A stretch of DNA of 64,000 nucleotides from Minisyncoccota bacterium (GTDB taxonomy: Bacteria; Patescibacteriota; Minisyncoccia; Phycocordibacterales; WO2-35-19). This document shows positions 46,857 to 55,128 of the stretch, piece after piece. Location of the stretch: the NCBI GenBank assembly GCA_041664625.1, contig JBAYKK010000002.1, positions 7,755 through 71,754 of the forward strand, written 5' to 3'. Numbering within the stretch: the stretch's first letter is position 1; the number at the start of each line of letters is the position of its first letter. The notes under the pieces were generated by a model, which saw only the letters and a program-made list of their open reading frames with translations, had not been told where the DNA came from and searched no databases. A program made the position numbers and the translations under genes.

Positions 46857-46987
46857 ATGTTTATTATAAATTCTATTTGTTTATAGACCTAAAAAATCTG
46901 TGGATAACTTTCGGTTTTCTTTCGGTATTTATATAATGATTATGGTATAATACAAAAATTACAGGTAATTAAAAAATATTTTGATAC

Positions 46988-47677
46988 ATGGAATATAATT
47001 TACAAATTGAATTTATAAGTAGAAGGGGAGGAGTATTAGGACTATTTATTAAATCAGATGTCATACAGACTTTACCTTTTGAATTTGGTTTTAGACTAAA
47101 GAATATAGGTAATGAACCTATTAAGAATATAAATGTTTCTAATATTTTTTGGAAATCAGCTAATGGACAAGATATTGTTTTTAATGCAAACAAAAAATAC
47201 TATTTTGATATAATAAATCCAGGAGAAGAAATAGAGAGGTGGGTAGAAAAAGTTGGCACTTATGCTCATGGACTTTGTAATTTTAATTTGGGCGTAAAAT
47301 CAATTGACCCTAAAATTCTAGTTAAAACTTTCCAGGTTGATCCTTTTACAAAGAACTCTAGTTTTTGTGCGGACAACAATTTTGTAGACTTCTTTTTTGT
47401 AAGGAGTAAAAATGAATATGAGCAAAATTCGGCTAATAATTATATGTTACTTTTCGCGGTAATAACAACTGTTCTAACTGTTTTTACTTTTTATTTAAAC
47501 AAGCAACAGGTTTATTATACGGAAGTACAGAGTAGATCTGAACGAATTATCCAAGCTAGACAAGAATTAGAAGCGATTGAGCGTTGCAAACAATCGCCAG
47601 AATTAGAAGATTCTGGTCTATACGACACTTCTAGTGGAAAGCCCGCATCATGCAAAGAAGTACTTTCAGGGAGATAA
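46988..47677 (+). CDS. hypothetical protein with C-terminal TM segment
   Basis: 229 aa ORF. Confidence 0.5.
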   Translation: MEYNLQIEFISRRGGVLGLFIKSDVIQTLPFEFGFRLKNIGNEPIKNINVSNIFWKSANGQDIVFNANKKYYFDIINPGEEIERWVEKVGTYAHGLCNFNLGVKSIDPKILVKTFQVDPFTKNSSFCADNNFVDFFFVRSKNEYEQNSANNYMLLFAVITTVLTVFTFYLNKQQVYYTEVQSRSERIIQARQELEAIERCKQSPELEDSGLYDTSSGKPASCKEVLSGR

Positions 47678-47704
47678 AACTCTAAATAAAGTTTTTAAAT
47701 ATGT

Positions 47705-47754
47705 AGTCCGAATTTGGCTAAAATGTCATTTGACATTTTAGCCAAATTCGGACT
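47705..47754. repeat. perfect 50-bp palindrome (24-bp arms agtccgaatttggctaaaatgtca / tgacattttagccaaattcggact, 2-nt centre)
   Basis: Read directly; covers the start codon region of the downstream ORF. Confidence 0.85.
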
Positions 47755-48211
47755 TGAAAACAAGATTACAAGCCAACAAATTTGTGTTGAAAGTAATAAT
47801 TTAGAAATAGATACCAGTGATCTTTTGGAAAACATAAAAATATTGTTACAATATATTATATCACAAAAATCTAAATTAAGAAATAAATATATGGGATTAT
47901 TTGAATGGGGAGAAAAAAGATTTGCTCGTGGAATAGCAAAAGCTATGATACGAAGTTATAAATTATATAAAAAAACTTATCCAAATTTAAGTGAATTTGA
48001 ATTAATAAAAAATACATTGTCTGATCGTCCTGGTGATCCGGCCAAAAAATTACTCAATGATATTGAAGATGAAAATTTTTACCAAGATATTGGTGGTAAT
48101 TTTTTTGAAATCACGTATGTACTGATTCGTCTCGAATATATTGAATATATGCACGGAACATTAGATGAAGAAGATAAAAAACGAACGCAGTTTTTAGGAA
48201 TGTTCTCTTAG
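47723..48211 (+). CDS. hypothetical protein (track start 47714 is TTG; ATG 47723 preferred)
   Basis: ORF-track frame; MSFDILAKFGL... Confidence 0.5.
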   Translation: MSFDILAKFGLENKITSQQICVESNNLEIDTSDLLENIKILLQYIISQKSKLRNKYMGLFEWGEKRFARGIAKAMIRSYKLYKKTYPNLSEFELIKNTLSDRPGDPAKKLLNDIEDENFYQDIGGNFFEITYVLIRLEYIEYMHGTLDEEDKKRTQFLGMFS

Positions 48212-48233
48212 AAGAATTAGAAAAAGCAAATTT

Positions 48234-48479
48234 ATGAACAATACTGAAGTTTGTCCGATTTGTCAGAAACCTTACACTGATAAAAATATAAAAGTTGAGT
48301 ATCACTTAAGATATAATCCCATTCCAAAAACTATACATGCTTGTCAGGCCTGTAATTATGCAGAATTTTTGACAAGACATTGGAAAAGACATCTAAAACC
48401 CTGGCAATGGTGGAGAATAGCACGAGTTAGAGAATTTAATAAAGAAAACGGATATTTATTTGATAAAATAACTACCTAA
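48234..48479 (+). CDS. small zinc-ribbon protein, hypothetical
   Basis: CPICQ...CQAC Cys pairs. Confidence 0.5.
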   Translation: MNNTEVCPICQKPYTDKNIKVEYHLRYNPIPKTIHACQACNYAEFLTRHWKRHLKPWQWWRIARVREFNKENGYLFDKITT

Positions 48480-48500
48480 ATATATATTTAAATAAAACTT

Positions 48501-49157
48501 ATGAAATTACTACTTACATCGGGGGGATTGACCAATAAAAAAATAGTGGAGGCGCTGTTTGATTTGGTGGGGAAGAAACCAGAAGATACTTCGCTGGTTT
48601 TTATACCAACTGCCGCTAATGTGGAAAAAGGAGATAAGGGGTGGCTTATAGATGATTTGAAAAATTTGCAGAAGCAAAATTTTAAGCAAATAGATATTGC
48701 TGATATTTCCGCTGTTCCAGAAAGTGTTTGGAAGCCAAAATTTGAAGAAGCGGACGTAATGTTTTTTGAGGGTGGCAATACCTATCACCTGATGGAATGG
48801 ATAAACAAATCGGGACTTGTAAAATTATTGCCGGAATATCTAAAAACAAAAGTGTGGGTGGGTTTAAGCGCCGGAAGCATGGTTACGAATCCGGATTTGG
48901 CTAGAAAAATTTCCCAAGTGGTATATGAAGAAGATTTCGATAAGGACAGAGATATGGAAGGTCTTAATTATGTAGATTTTTATTTTCTACCCCATCTAAA
49001 CTCCCCATATTTTCCTCTGCTTAAGGAAAAAAATATCAGAAAAGCAACAAAGGATATGGTTAAAAAAGTTTACGCGATGGATGACCAATCGGCTTTAAAA
49101 GTGGTTGATGGAAAAATTGAAGTTGTAAGTGAGGGTAAGTGGTTTGTTATAAATTAA
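48501..49157 (+). CDS. peptidase E-like (S51 family / class I glutamine amidotransferase-like)
   Basis: LLTSGG..., GGNTYHLM, VGLSAGSMV (Ser nucleophile context). Confidence 0.65.
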   Translation: MKLLLTSGGLTNKKIVEALFDLVGKKPEDTSLVFIPTAANVEKGDKGWLIDDLKNLQKQNFKQIDIADISAVPESVWKPKFEEADVMFFEGGNTYHLMEWINKSGLVKLLPEYLKTKVWVGLSAGSMVTNPDLARKISQVVYEEDFDKDRDMEGLNYVDFYFLPHLNSPYFPLLKEKNIRKATKDMVKKVYAMDDQSALKVVDGKIEVVSEGKWFVIN

Positions 49158-49168
49158 TCTCTAACGGG

Positions 49169-49414
49169 ATGAAAAAATTGGAAATTGGTGGATTGTATGA
49201 GCATTATAAGGGGACGAAGGTGAGGGTGATTTGCGAAGCGACACACTCGGAGACTTTGGAACCGATGGTGGTTTATATGCATCTGGAAGATGGGGGAATG
49301 TGGGCTCGGCCTAGAAAGATGTTTTTGGAAACTATTATAAAAAATGGTAAAAAAGTGGAGCGGTTTAAAAAAATAAACCAGAAGCTTTCAATAAAGCCAA
49401 ATAAGAGAAAATAA
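49169..49414 (+). CDS. DUF1653-like small protein
   Basis: LYEHYKGTKVRVI...SETLEPMVVYMHLEDGGMWARP pattern; internal ATG chosen to avoid overlap. Confidence 0.5.
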   Translation: MKKLEIGGLYEHYKGTKVRVICEATHSETLEPMVVYMHLEDGGMWARPRKMFLETIIKNGKKVERFKKINQKLSIKPNKRK

Positions 49415-49561
49415 ATTTTTAAAATCAAACATATTTGAAGTAATTAAAAAATGAAAGTTATCAACATCTGGTACTTTTATTGGGTAGAAAATTATATAAT
49501 TAAGCTAGTTAATAAGACTCAATACATATTTACAAAGCAAGTAGAATGTATTATTATATAG

Positions 49562-50068
49562 ATGACTAATAAAAACAAAACTATGGCGGAATTAAATAAA
49601 TTAAAATATAGAAATGCAATTTTGTATTTTATAAAATATTGCAACAATAAATATTTGGGGGCGACAAAACTCAATAAGCTTTTGTATTATTTAGATTTTA
49701 TAAATTACCGAGACAGACAAATGTCTGTTACTGGGGATTTTTATATTCACAATAATTACGGACCGACCCCGATTGAAGTCGAAAGAATAATTTCTGAAAT
49801 GAAAGACAAAGAAATAAATATAAAGGAAGATCCTTTTGAAAATTCGCGCAAGATTTCTTTTGAGTTAAAAAAAGGAGTAGATGTTGATGAAACGCTTTTT
49901 AGCGAAGAAGAAAAAGAATTATTAAAAAGTATTTGCAAAGAATTTTCAGATTGGTCTACAGAAAAAATTGTTGAGCAAACCCACTTGGAATCTCCTTGGT
50001 TTTATTCAAAACCTTTTGAAAAAGTTGATTACAAATATTCGTCTGACATAGATTTTTTTACCGAATAG
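49562..50068 (+). CDS. Panacea-domain (DUF4065) antitoxin-like protein
   Basis: KLNKLLYYLDF...GDFYIHNNYGPTPIEV matches DUF4065/SocA-like pattern. Confidence 0.55.
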   Translation: MTNKNKTMAELNKLKYRNAILYFIKYCNNKYLGATKLNKLLYYLDFINYRDRQMSVTGDFYIHNNYGPTPIEVERIISEMKDKEINIKEDPFENSRKISFELKKGVDVDETLFSEEEKELLKSICKEFSDWSTEKIVEQTHLESPWFYSKPFEKVDYKYSSDIDFFTE

Positions 50069-50072
50069 ACTT

Positions 50073-50471
50073 ATGGAAATCGAATGGGATGTTATTGAAA
50101 CAGAGAATTTCATTCGTTCTTGCGAACGAAACAATGTATCCCAGGAAGTGAAAGAGTCTTTGAGGGTATGGGCTAAGTCAGTGAGAAGACAGATAACACC
50201 AAGAAATGCAAGGCCATTTATTTCTCCTCGTAATATTTTTGAAATATGGATAGCGGGAATCGGAAACCCTGATACTAATAAAGGCAAAAGTGGGGGTTAT
50301 CGTTTTATGTATTATATTTTGATTTCTGAAAAGAAATTGGTTATAGATATAATAGAAGAAAGGAACGATTTAAAATTTAAGGGCTCAAGCGGTAAAAAAC
50401 AAAAAAATTGGGATAAGCATTTTATTGAGCTAAAAAAGGAACTTCTAAATAAATACGAAAAATTAAAATAA
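50073..50471 (+). CDS. RelE/ParE-superfamily toxin-like protein
   Basis: GKSGGYRFMYYILISEKKLVIDIIEERNDL resembles RelE/ParE core; 4 bp after antitoxin gene. Confidence 0.45.
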   Translation: MEIEWDVIETENFIRSCERNNVSQEVKESLRVWAKSVRRQITPRNARPFISPRNIFEIWIAGIGNPDTNKGKSGGYRFMYYILISEKKLVIDIIEERNDLKFKGSSGKKQKNWDKHFIELKKELLNKYEKLK

Positions 50472-50524
50472 CTACTTAAATATATATTTAAATCACATGA
50501 AAAAATTATAACTAATTAAATACA

Positions 50525-50845
50525 ATGTTTGAAAAATTTTTTGGGCCAAAAAATGAAGAGGAAGTGGAAAGAGCTCTTTTTGAGGTGGGGAGCAAGGAAT
50601 TAGAGGTTGGGGTAAATGGTCCCACAATGTTCCATGCGTTTAATGCGATGAGGGAGGAGAATAAGAAAAAAGGATATGGTTTTACTAATAACCATATCTT
50701 GAAGGTGGTCAGAGAGTGTGCTTTTGGACATGTTTCTGAAATTGAGGATTCATTAATGGGTGGGCGAGATGAAGTGTATAAAAAGATTGATTCAGAGATT
50801 GAAAGGTTGCATCAAGATTTACCAGAATCAGAGCGAGGGGTTTAA
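50525..50845 (+). CDS. hypothetical protein
   Basis: 106 aa ORF. Confidence 0.4.
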   Translation: MFEKFFGPKNEEEVERALFEVGSKELEVGVNGPTMFHAFNAMREENKKKGYGFTNNHILKVVRECAFGHVSEIEDSLMGGRDEVYKKIDSEIERLHQDLPESERGV

Positions 50846-51059
50846 GAAAAGAAAAATTATTCTAAAAAAGGAAATAAATTTATGGTCATAGATATAGAAC
50901 TCACATTGAATAGGTTTGGATTAGGAAAGATTGCCGAGAATAAATTTCAATTTTTTTGGTTGAGGTTTTCTAAGTGGCAGATCCCAGGAAAATATTCAAT
51001 TTCTTTTGAAATAAACTGGAAGATGAAAGATAAATAAGAGATAAAATGCTGCTATTAGT

Positions 51060-51330
51060 TGGGGGAATGGTACTTGTCATGGGTCTCAAGGGAAGCATCG
51101 CTTCCCGGTGGCTGGAAACTTTCCAGCGAAGGGTTCATGCGCTTTCGGCCCGGACCTCGTGCGGCAGCAGGTGAGCCACAGCTTATCCTGCGGCATCCGA
51201 AAATTCGGCACACCCAGTTTGTGTCGGAATTCTGGATGATCGGCACACAGCCGACGATCCGCCTTGGAGTTCAATTCTCCAAGTAAATCAAAACCCCCGT
51301 CTCTTCAAGGAGAGCGGGGGTTTTCTCATT
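51060..51330 (+). ncRNA. GC-rich structured non-coding region of unknown identity ending in intrinsic terminator
   Basis: Three mutually overlapping stop-free frames (non-coding signature), hairpins gggaagc-atc-gcttccc, ctggaaa/tttccag, ccgaa-aa-ttcgg, T-arm-like TGGAG-TTCAATT-CTCCA, terminator aaacccccgtctc-ttcaag-gagagcgggggttt+TCTC. Confidence 0.35.
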
Positions 51331-51349
51331 AAAATGTTATAATAAGTTT

Positions 51350-51712
51350 ATGGAATTAAATAAATTAACTGCAGAGGAAAAGAAAGTGATAATTGATAAG
51401 GGCACTGAAGCGCCTTTTTTGGGTGAGTATGTCAACAATAAAGCCACTGGAGTATATGTTTGCAGACAGTGCGAGGCGCCTTTGTATAATTCTCAAGATA
51501 AATTTGAGAGCAGTTGCGGTTGGCCGAGTTTTGATGATGAAATAGAGGGGGCAGTCAAGCATGTGCCCGATGCAGACCAGGTGCGAACTGAGATTATTTG
51601 TGCTCGTTGCGGTGGACATTTGGGTCATGTATTTTTGGGGGAAAATTTGACTGATAAAAATATTCGACATTGTGTCAATTCGATCTCATTAAAATTTGTT
51701 AGTGGGCGATAA
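51350..51712 (+). CDS. msrB: peptide methionine sulfoxide reductase MsrB
   Basis: [31 protein letters not shown] zinc/catalytic Cys motifs. Confidence 0.85.
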   Translation: MELNKLTAEEKKVIIDKGTEAPFLGEYVNNKATGVYVCRQCEAPLYNSQDKFESSCGWPSFDDEIEGAVKHVPDADQVRTEIICARCGGHLGHVFLGENLTDKNIRHCVNSISLKFVSGR

Positions 51713-52370
51713 ATAGGCCGATGATGCGGTGGGCACCGGCGTCGAGCAGGGCGCGGCGAGCTTCGTCTAGAGAGGCGCCGGTGGTGTAGACGTCGTCCAA
51801 GACGATAACGGTGGGGAGATGGCCGGCCCGCGGTAGCGGGCCGGCCATCATTGAGTCTTTAACATTTTCTTTTCTTTCTTCTTTGCTTAAGGTGGTTTGT
51901 CTTCGGGTTTCCCTCACTTTTTTCAAAGTGTTATAAGAAACGATTATGTTTTCGCCCCCTATTTTTTTAATTTCTTTAACTAATTCTTCACACTGATTAA
52001 ATCCTCGCTCTCTTTTTTCTTTTTGGCTCATAGGCATAGGCACAAGCAGGGGTGGGGAGCCTTCAAAAAGAGCGATCTCTGATGAGAGTTCCATCATTTC
52101 TTCATATAAATACAAAGCTATGCGCTTCCTTAGGTTAGCGTTGTTTTTGTATTTGATAGATTTGACGATCAATCGGACGACTTGGTTTTGATAATCAAAA
52201 AGTACAAAAATATCTTTTGAATAAACTGGTGATTTGGGTAGAAGGTCTCGCAAAAGGTTGGGGTCAAGCCTCAAGAGTTTTTGGACCTTCGTGCTTTCGG
52301 GCACCAAGAGGTTTTGACAAAATTCAATCAATTGCTTCCACCACATCACTATTGTTCGGGTGAATTTCAT
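51699..52370 (-). CDS. comFC: ComF-family phosphoribosyltransferase (ComFC-like)
   Basis: C-terminal PRTase motif [14 protein letters not shown]; start at internal ATG 52368-52370; 3' ~170 nt strongly GC-enriched. Confidence 0.65.
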   Translation of the reverse strand: MKFTRTIVMWWKQLIEFCQNLLVPESTKVQKLLRLDPNLLRDLLPKSPVYSKDIFVLFDYQNQVVRLIVKSIKYKNNANLRKRIALYLYEEMMELSSEIALFEGSPPLLVPMPMSQKEKRERGFNQCEELVKEIKKIGGENIIVSYNTLKKVRETRRQTTLSKEERKENVKDSMMAGPLPRAGHLPTVIVLDDVYTTGASLDEARRALLDAGAHRIIGLFIAH

Positions 52371-52394
52371 TATGTTATAATAATACATCATGAG

Positions 52395-52528
52395 TCCCGT
52401 AGTAGAAAATGGCATGGGAAAGTTTTTATTGTTTAGATTAAGAATGTTATTATTAATGAATAGATTATTATGTGTTTTAACTATAAAAATGGCACTTTCC
52501 AAAAACAATGCCATTTTTCACTAACGGG
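52395..52528. repeat. MITE-like palindromic element, copy E (expanded ~134 bp; arms cccgtagtagaaaatggcat / atgccatttttcactaacggg), flanked by ATGAGT direct repeat
   Basis: Coordinates +/-1; right arm ends at pilM start codon. Confidence 0.65.
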
Positions 52529-53632
52529 ATGAGTTTCATTTCTGACATTTTTGAAAAGAAAAATACGAGCGCTATTGGTATCGATATTGGCTCTTCTTCT
52601 ATCAAAGTAGTTCAACTTCATAAAAAGGGTGATAAAGCTATACTTGACACTTACGGTGAGCTTTCTTTGGGTCCGTATGGGGGTGTTTCAATCGGCCAAT
52701 CTACCAATTTGCCCACCGAAAAAATAGTGCAAGCGGTCAGAGATCTCTTGGCCGAAAAAGAAGTTGCCATTACTACCAAAGTTTGTGGTTTGGCCATCCC
52801 TTTCAAAGCTTCTCTGCTCTCTATTATAGAAATGCCGGCCATAGGTATGAAAGAGCTCGGTATGATGATACCGATTGAAGCTCGTAAATATATACCGGTG
52901 CCGATATCAGACGTGACCATCGATTGGTCGGTAGTACCCAAATCCGAAGTTGAAGATATCCCTGTTATGAAGGGTGAAAATAAAGTCAAAACAGTCGATA
53001 TACTTTTGGTGGCTATCCATAATAATATTATCAATCAATATCGGGATGTTGTTTCCAAGGCTGGTTTAGAGGCCAAATTTTTTGAAATCGAAGTTTTCAG
53101 TTCTATGAGAGCTATTTTGGAAGGGGTGCAAGGGGCGGTCATGATTTTTGATATGGGGGCGTCAACTACCAAATTGTATATGATAGATAGAGGTTTGGTA
53201 CATCATTCTCACACTATAAATCGAGGCTCTCAAGACATAACCGCCAATATCGCGAGATCTCTCAATATTTCAACTGAAGAAGCTGAGGTAATAAAAAGAT
53301 CTGCTGGTTCCGGCAAAACATCAGAGGGCTTCGACCTTTCAGAATCGGTGGCCAATGTGGCAGACAGTATATTTTCTGAGGCCAATAGATTTTTGTTTGA
53401 ATTTCAGAAAAAAAGAAATCAAAATATCAAATCAGTATTTTTGACTGGCGGAGGTTCGGCTCTGCGGGGTTTCAGAGATTTGGCAGCAGCCAATTTCAAA
53501 GTTGAAGTGATATCCAGTAATCCATTTGAAAAAGTAGAAGTACCAGCATTTTTGGAAAATATCCTCAAAGAAACTGGCCCAGAATTCACCGTCGCAGTCG
53601 GCGCTGCTCTGCGTTGTCTCCAAGAATTATAA
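52529..53632 (+). CDS. pilM: type IV pilus assembly protein PilM
   Basis: Actin-like ATPase fold pattern IGIDIGSSSIKVV; start at ATG 52529 (MSFISDIF), in frame with the track ORF. Confidence 0.8.
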   Translation: MSFISDIFEKKNTSAIGIDIGSSSIKVVQLHKKGDKAILDTYGELSLGPYGGVSIGQSTNLPTEKIVQAVRDLLAEKEVAITTKVCGLAIPFKASLLSIIEMPAIGMKELGMMIPIEARKYIPVPISDVTIDWSVVPKSEVEDIPVMKGENKVKTVDILLVAIHNNIINQYRDVVSKAGLEAKFFEIEVFSSMRAILEGVQGAVMIFDMGASTTKLYMIDRGLVHHSHTINRGSQDITANIARSLNISTEEAEVIKRSAGSGKTSEGFDLSESVANVADSIFSEANRFLFEFQKKRNQNIKSVFLTGGGSALRGFRDLAAANFKVEVISSNPFEKVEVPAFLENILKETGPEFTVAVGAALRCLQEL

Positions 53633-53697
53633 AAATAAGTAATCAACAATATTTGTTTACACTGGGGTCTTGTTTTAGAGTATAATTAGTATTAATT

Positions 53698-54267
53698 ATG
53701 GCACCCAATTTTCAATCATCATTTATTCCCAAAGAACCGGTTACCGAGGAGGTTTTTAAAAGGAAAAAAACTGGCATCGCTGGGGTCTTGGCGGTTTCTT
53801 TGTTGATTGCTTCGATCATTATTTCTATAGGTCTTTATGTTTATAAGGGTATGGTTAAAAATGAGATTCAAAATCTAGAGTCAGAATTATCGACAGCTGA
53901 ACAAAACATCGATAAAAAAACTATCGCAGAAATGTCTCAGTTCAGCAAAAAACTGAGCCTTACCAAAAGTGTAGTGCTTAAACACCAAGTGCTTTCCAAA
54001 TTTTTGGAGGCCCTCGCTTCTTCCACAGTCAGTTCGGTGCAGTTTACGAGTTTTGATTATGGCAATATGGAGCAAGGCAAATTAAACGTTAGTTTGAAAG
54101 GTAAGGCGACCGGCTATGCTAGTGTAGCTTTGCAAGAACAAATATTTTCCCAAAATAAATATTTTAAATCTCTATCGTTTTCCAATTTGAATTTGACTGA
54201 TAAAGGCTTGGTTTCTTTTGATCTGGCTATTTCAGTTGATCCGCAAATTTCTACTTATTCCCCATAA
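53698..54267 (+). CDS. pilN: type IV pilus assembly protein PilN-like
   Basis: Single N-terminal TM then coiled-coil, position after pilM. Confidence 0.6.
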   Translation: MAPNFQSSFIPKEPVTEEVFKRKKTGIAGVLAVSLLIASIIISIGLYVYKGMVKNEIQNLESELSTAEQNIDKKTIAEMSQFSKKLSLTKSVVLKHQVLSKFLEALASSTVSSVQFTSFDYGNMEQGKLNVSLKGKATGYASVALQEQIFSQNKYFKSLSFSNLNLTDKGLVSFDLAISVDPQISTYSP

Positions 54268-54275
54268 TTTATTAT

Positions 54276-54818
54276 ATGAGTAATATTTCAATAATCGCGT
54301 ATTTAATAATTTCTGTTTCCATCGGGTATACTTTTGCGTACTCTTCGTTTGGAGAGGTAACTAAATTGTTAGATCAAAAACAAAAATATGAGAATTCTCT
54401 GGCCATGATCCTCAGTGTGGAAAACAAAAAAAACGAACTATTGACGGAGTTCAATGCGATATCTGATGCCGATAAAAAAAATATAGACACAGTCTTGCCA
54501 AGTTCTCTGGATTTTGTGAGATTGGTTTCTCAGATTGACGCGGTGGCTGCAAATTATGGCATATCTATAGGCAAAATATCTTCAAGAGAAGTGGGGACTT
54601 CCGCGGGTGCTTCAATAGAGACTACGGCGCCTACCAAAAGTTATGGTTCTTCGATTATTCAATTTTCTTTTGATTCGTCTTACGATAATTTCAATAAGTT
54701 TTTGACTGATTTGGAAAAAAGTTTGAGAATTTTGGACATTAGATCCATCAAATTAGAAACTCAAGACAAAGGAGTTTATGCTTATACAGTGGAGTTCGAA
54801 ACTTATTGGCTTAAATAA
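54276..54818 (+). CDS. pilO: type IV pilus assembly protein PilO-like
   Basis: N-terminal TM, coiled-coil, gene order. Confidence 0.55.
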   Translation: MSNISIIAYLIISVSIGYTFAYSSFGEVTKLLDQKQKYENSLAMILSVENKKNELLTEFNAISDADKKNIDTVLPSSLDFVRLVSQIDAVAANYGISIGKISSREVGTSAGASIETTAPTKSYGSSIIQFSFDSSYDNFNKFLTDLEKSLRILDIRSIKLETQDKGVYAYTVEFETYWLK

Positions 54819-54820
54819 TT

Positions 54821-55117
54821 ATGAAAAATTCAAAAAACAAAAGAACAATCGTACTAGCCGTCATTTTGTTGGGGCTTTTGGTTGTGGCTTACAAAACAAT
54901 GTTTGTTTCAAGCAATAACGATCTGCTGGTTAGCGATGAAAACGTATTGGCGGGGGAGAGAGTCGAAACAATCTTGAAAGAAATCGAGGGTATAAATTTT
55001 GATTTAAGTGTAATGGAAAATGAAAGTTTCAAATCTCTTAAAAGTATTGAAACTCCGCTCGTGTCTTTGCCTGTCGGCAGACCAAATCCATTTTCTTTAG
55101 TTTCTGGTTCAAATTAG
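54821..55117 (+). CDS. small single-TM protein (PilP-like position), hypothetical
   Basis: 98 aa, N-terminal TM; gene order only. Confidence 0.4.
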   Translation: MKNSKNKRTIVLAVILLGLLVVAYKTMFVSSNNDLLVSDENVLAGERVETILKEIEGINFDLSVMENESFKSLKSIETPLVSLPVGRPNPFSLVSGSN

Positions 55118-55128
55118 ATATATAAACT

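Noticed and set aside
51055-51286. Three small overlapping ORFs (61-75 aa) on both strands
   Set aside because: Mutually overlapping stop-free frames in a G+C-rich structured segment are typical of non-coding RNA. No RBS or sensible protein was found.
51060-51330. tmRNA identification for the GC-rich element
   Set aside because: I could not find a 5'/3' acceptor-stem pairing, an encoded or implied CCA end, or a tag-peptide reading frame ending in a hydrophobic tail. It is left as an unknown structured RNA candidate.
52508-52528. ORF-track start of pilM at 52508
   Set aside because: Those 7 codons (MPFFTNG) are the right arm of the MITE-like copy. ATG 52529 is the duplicated native start.
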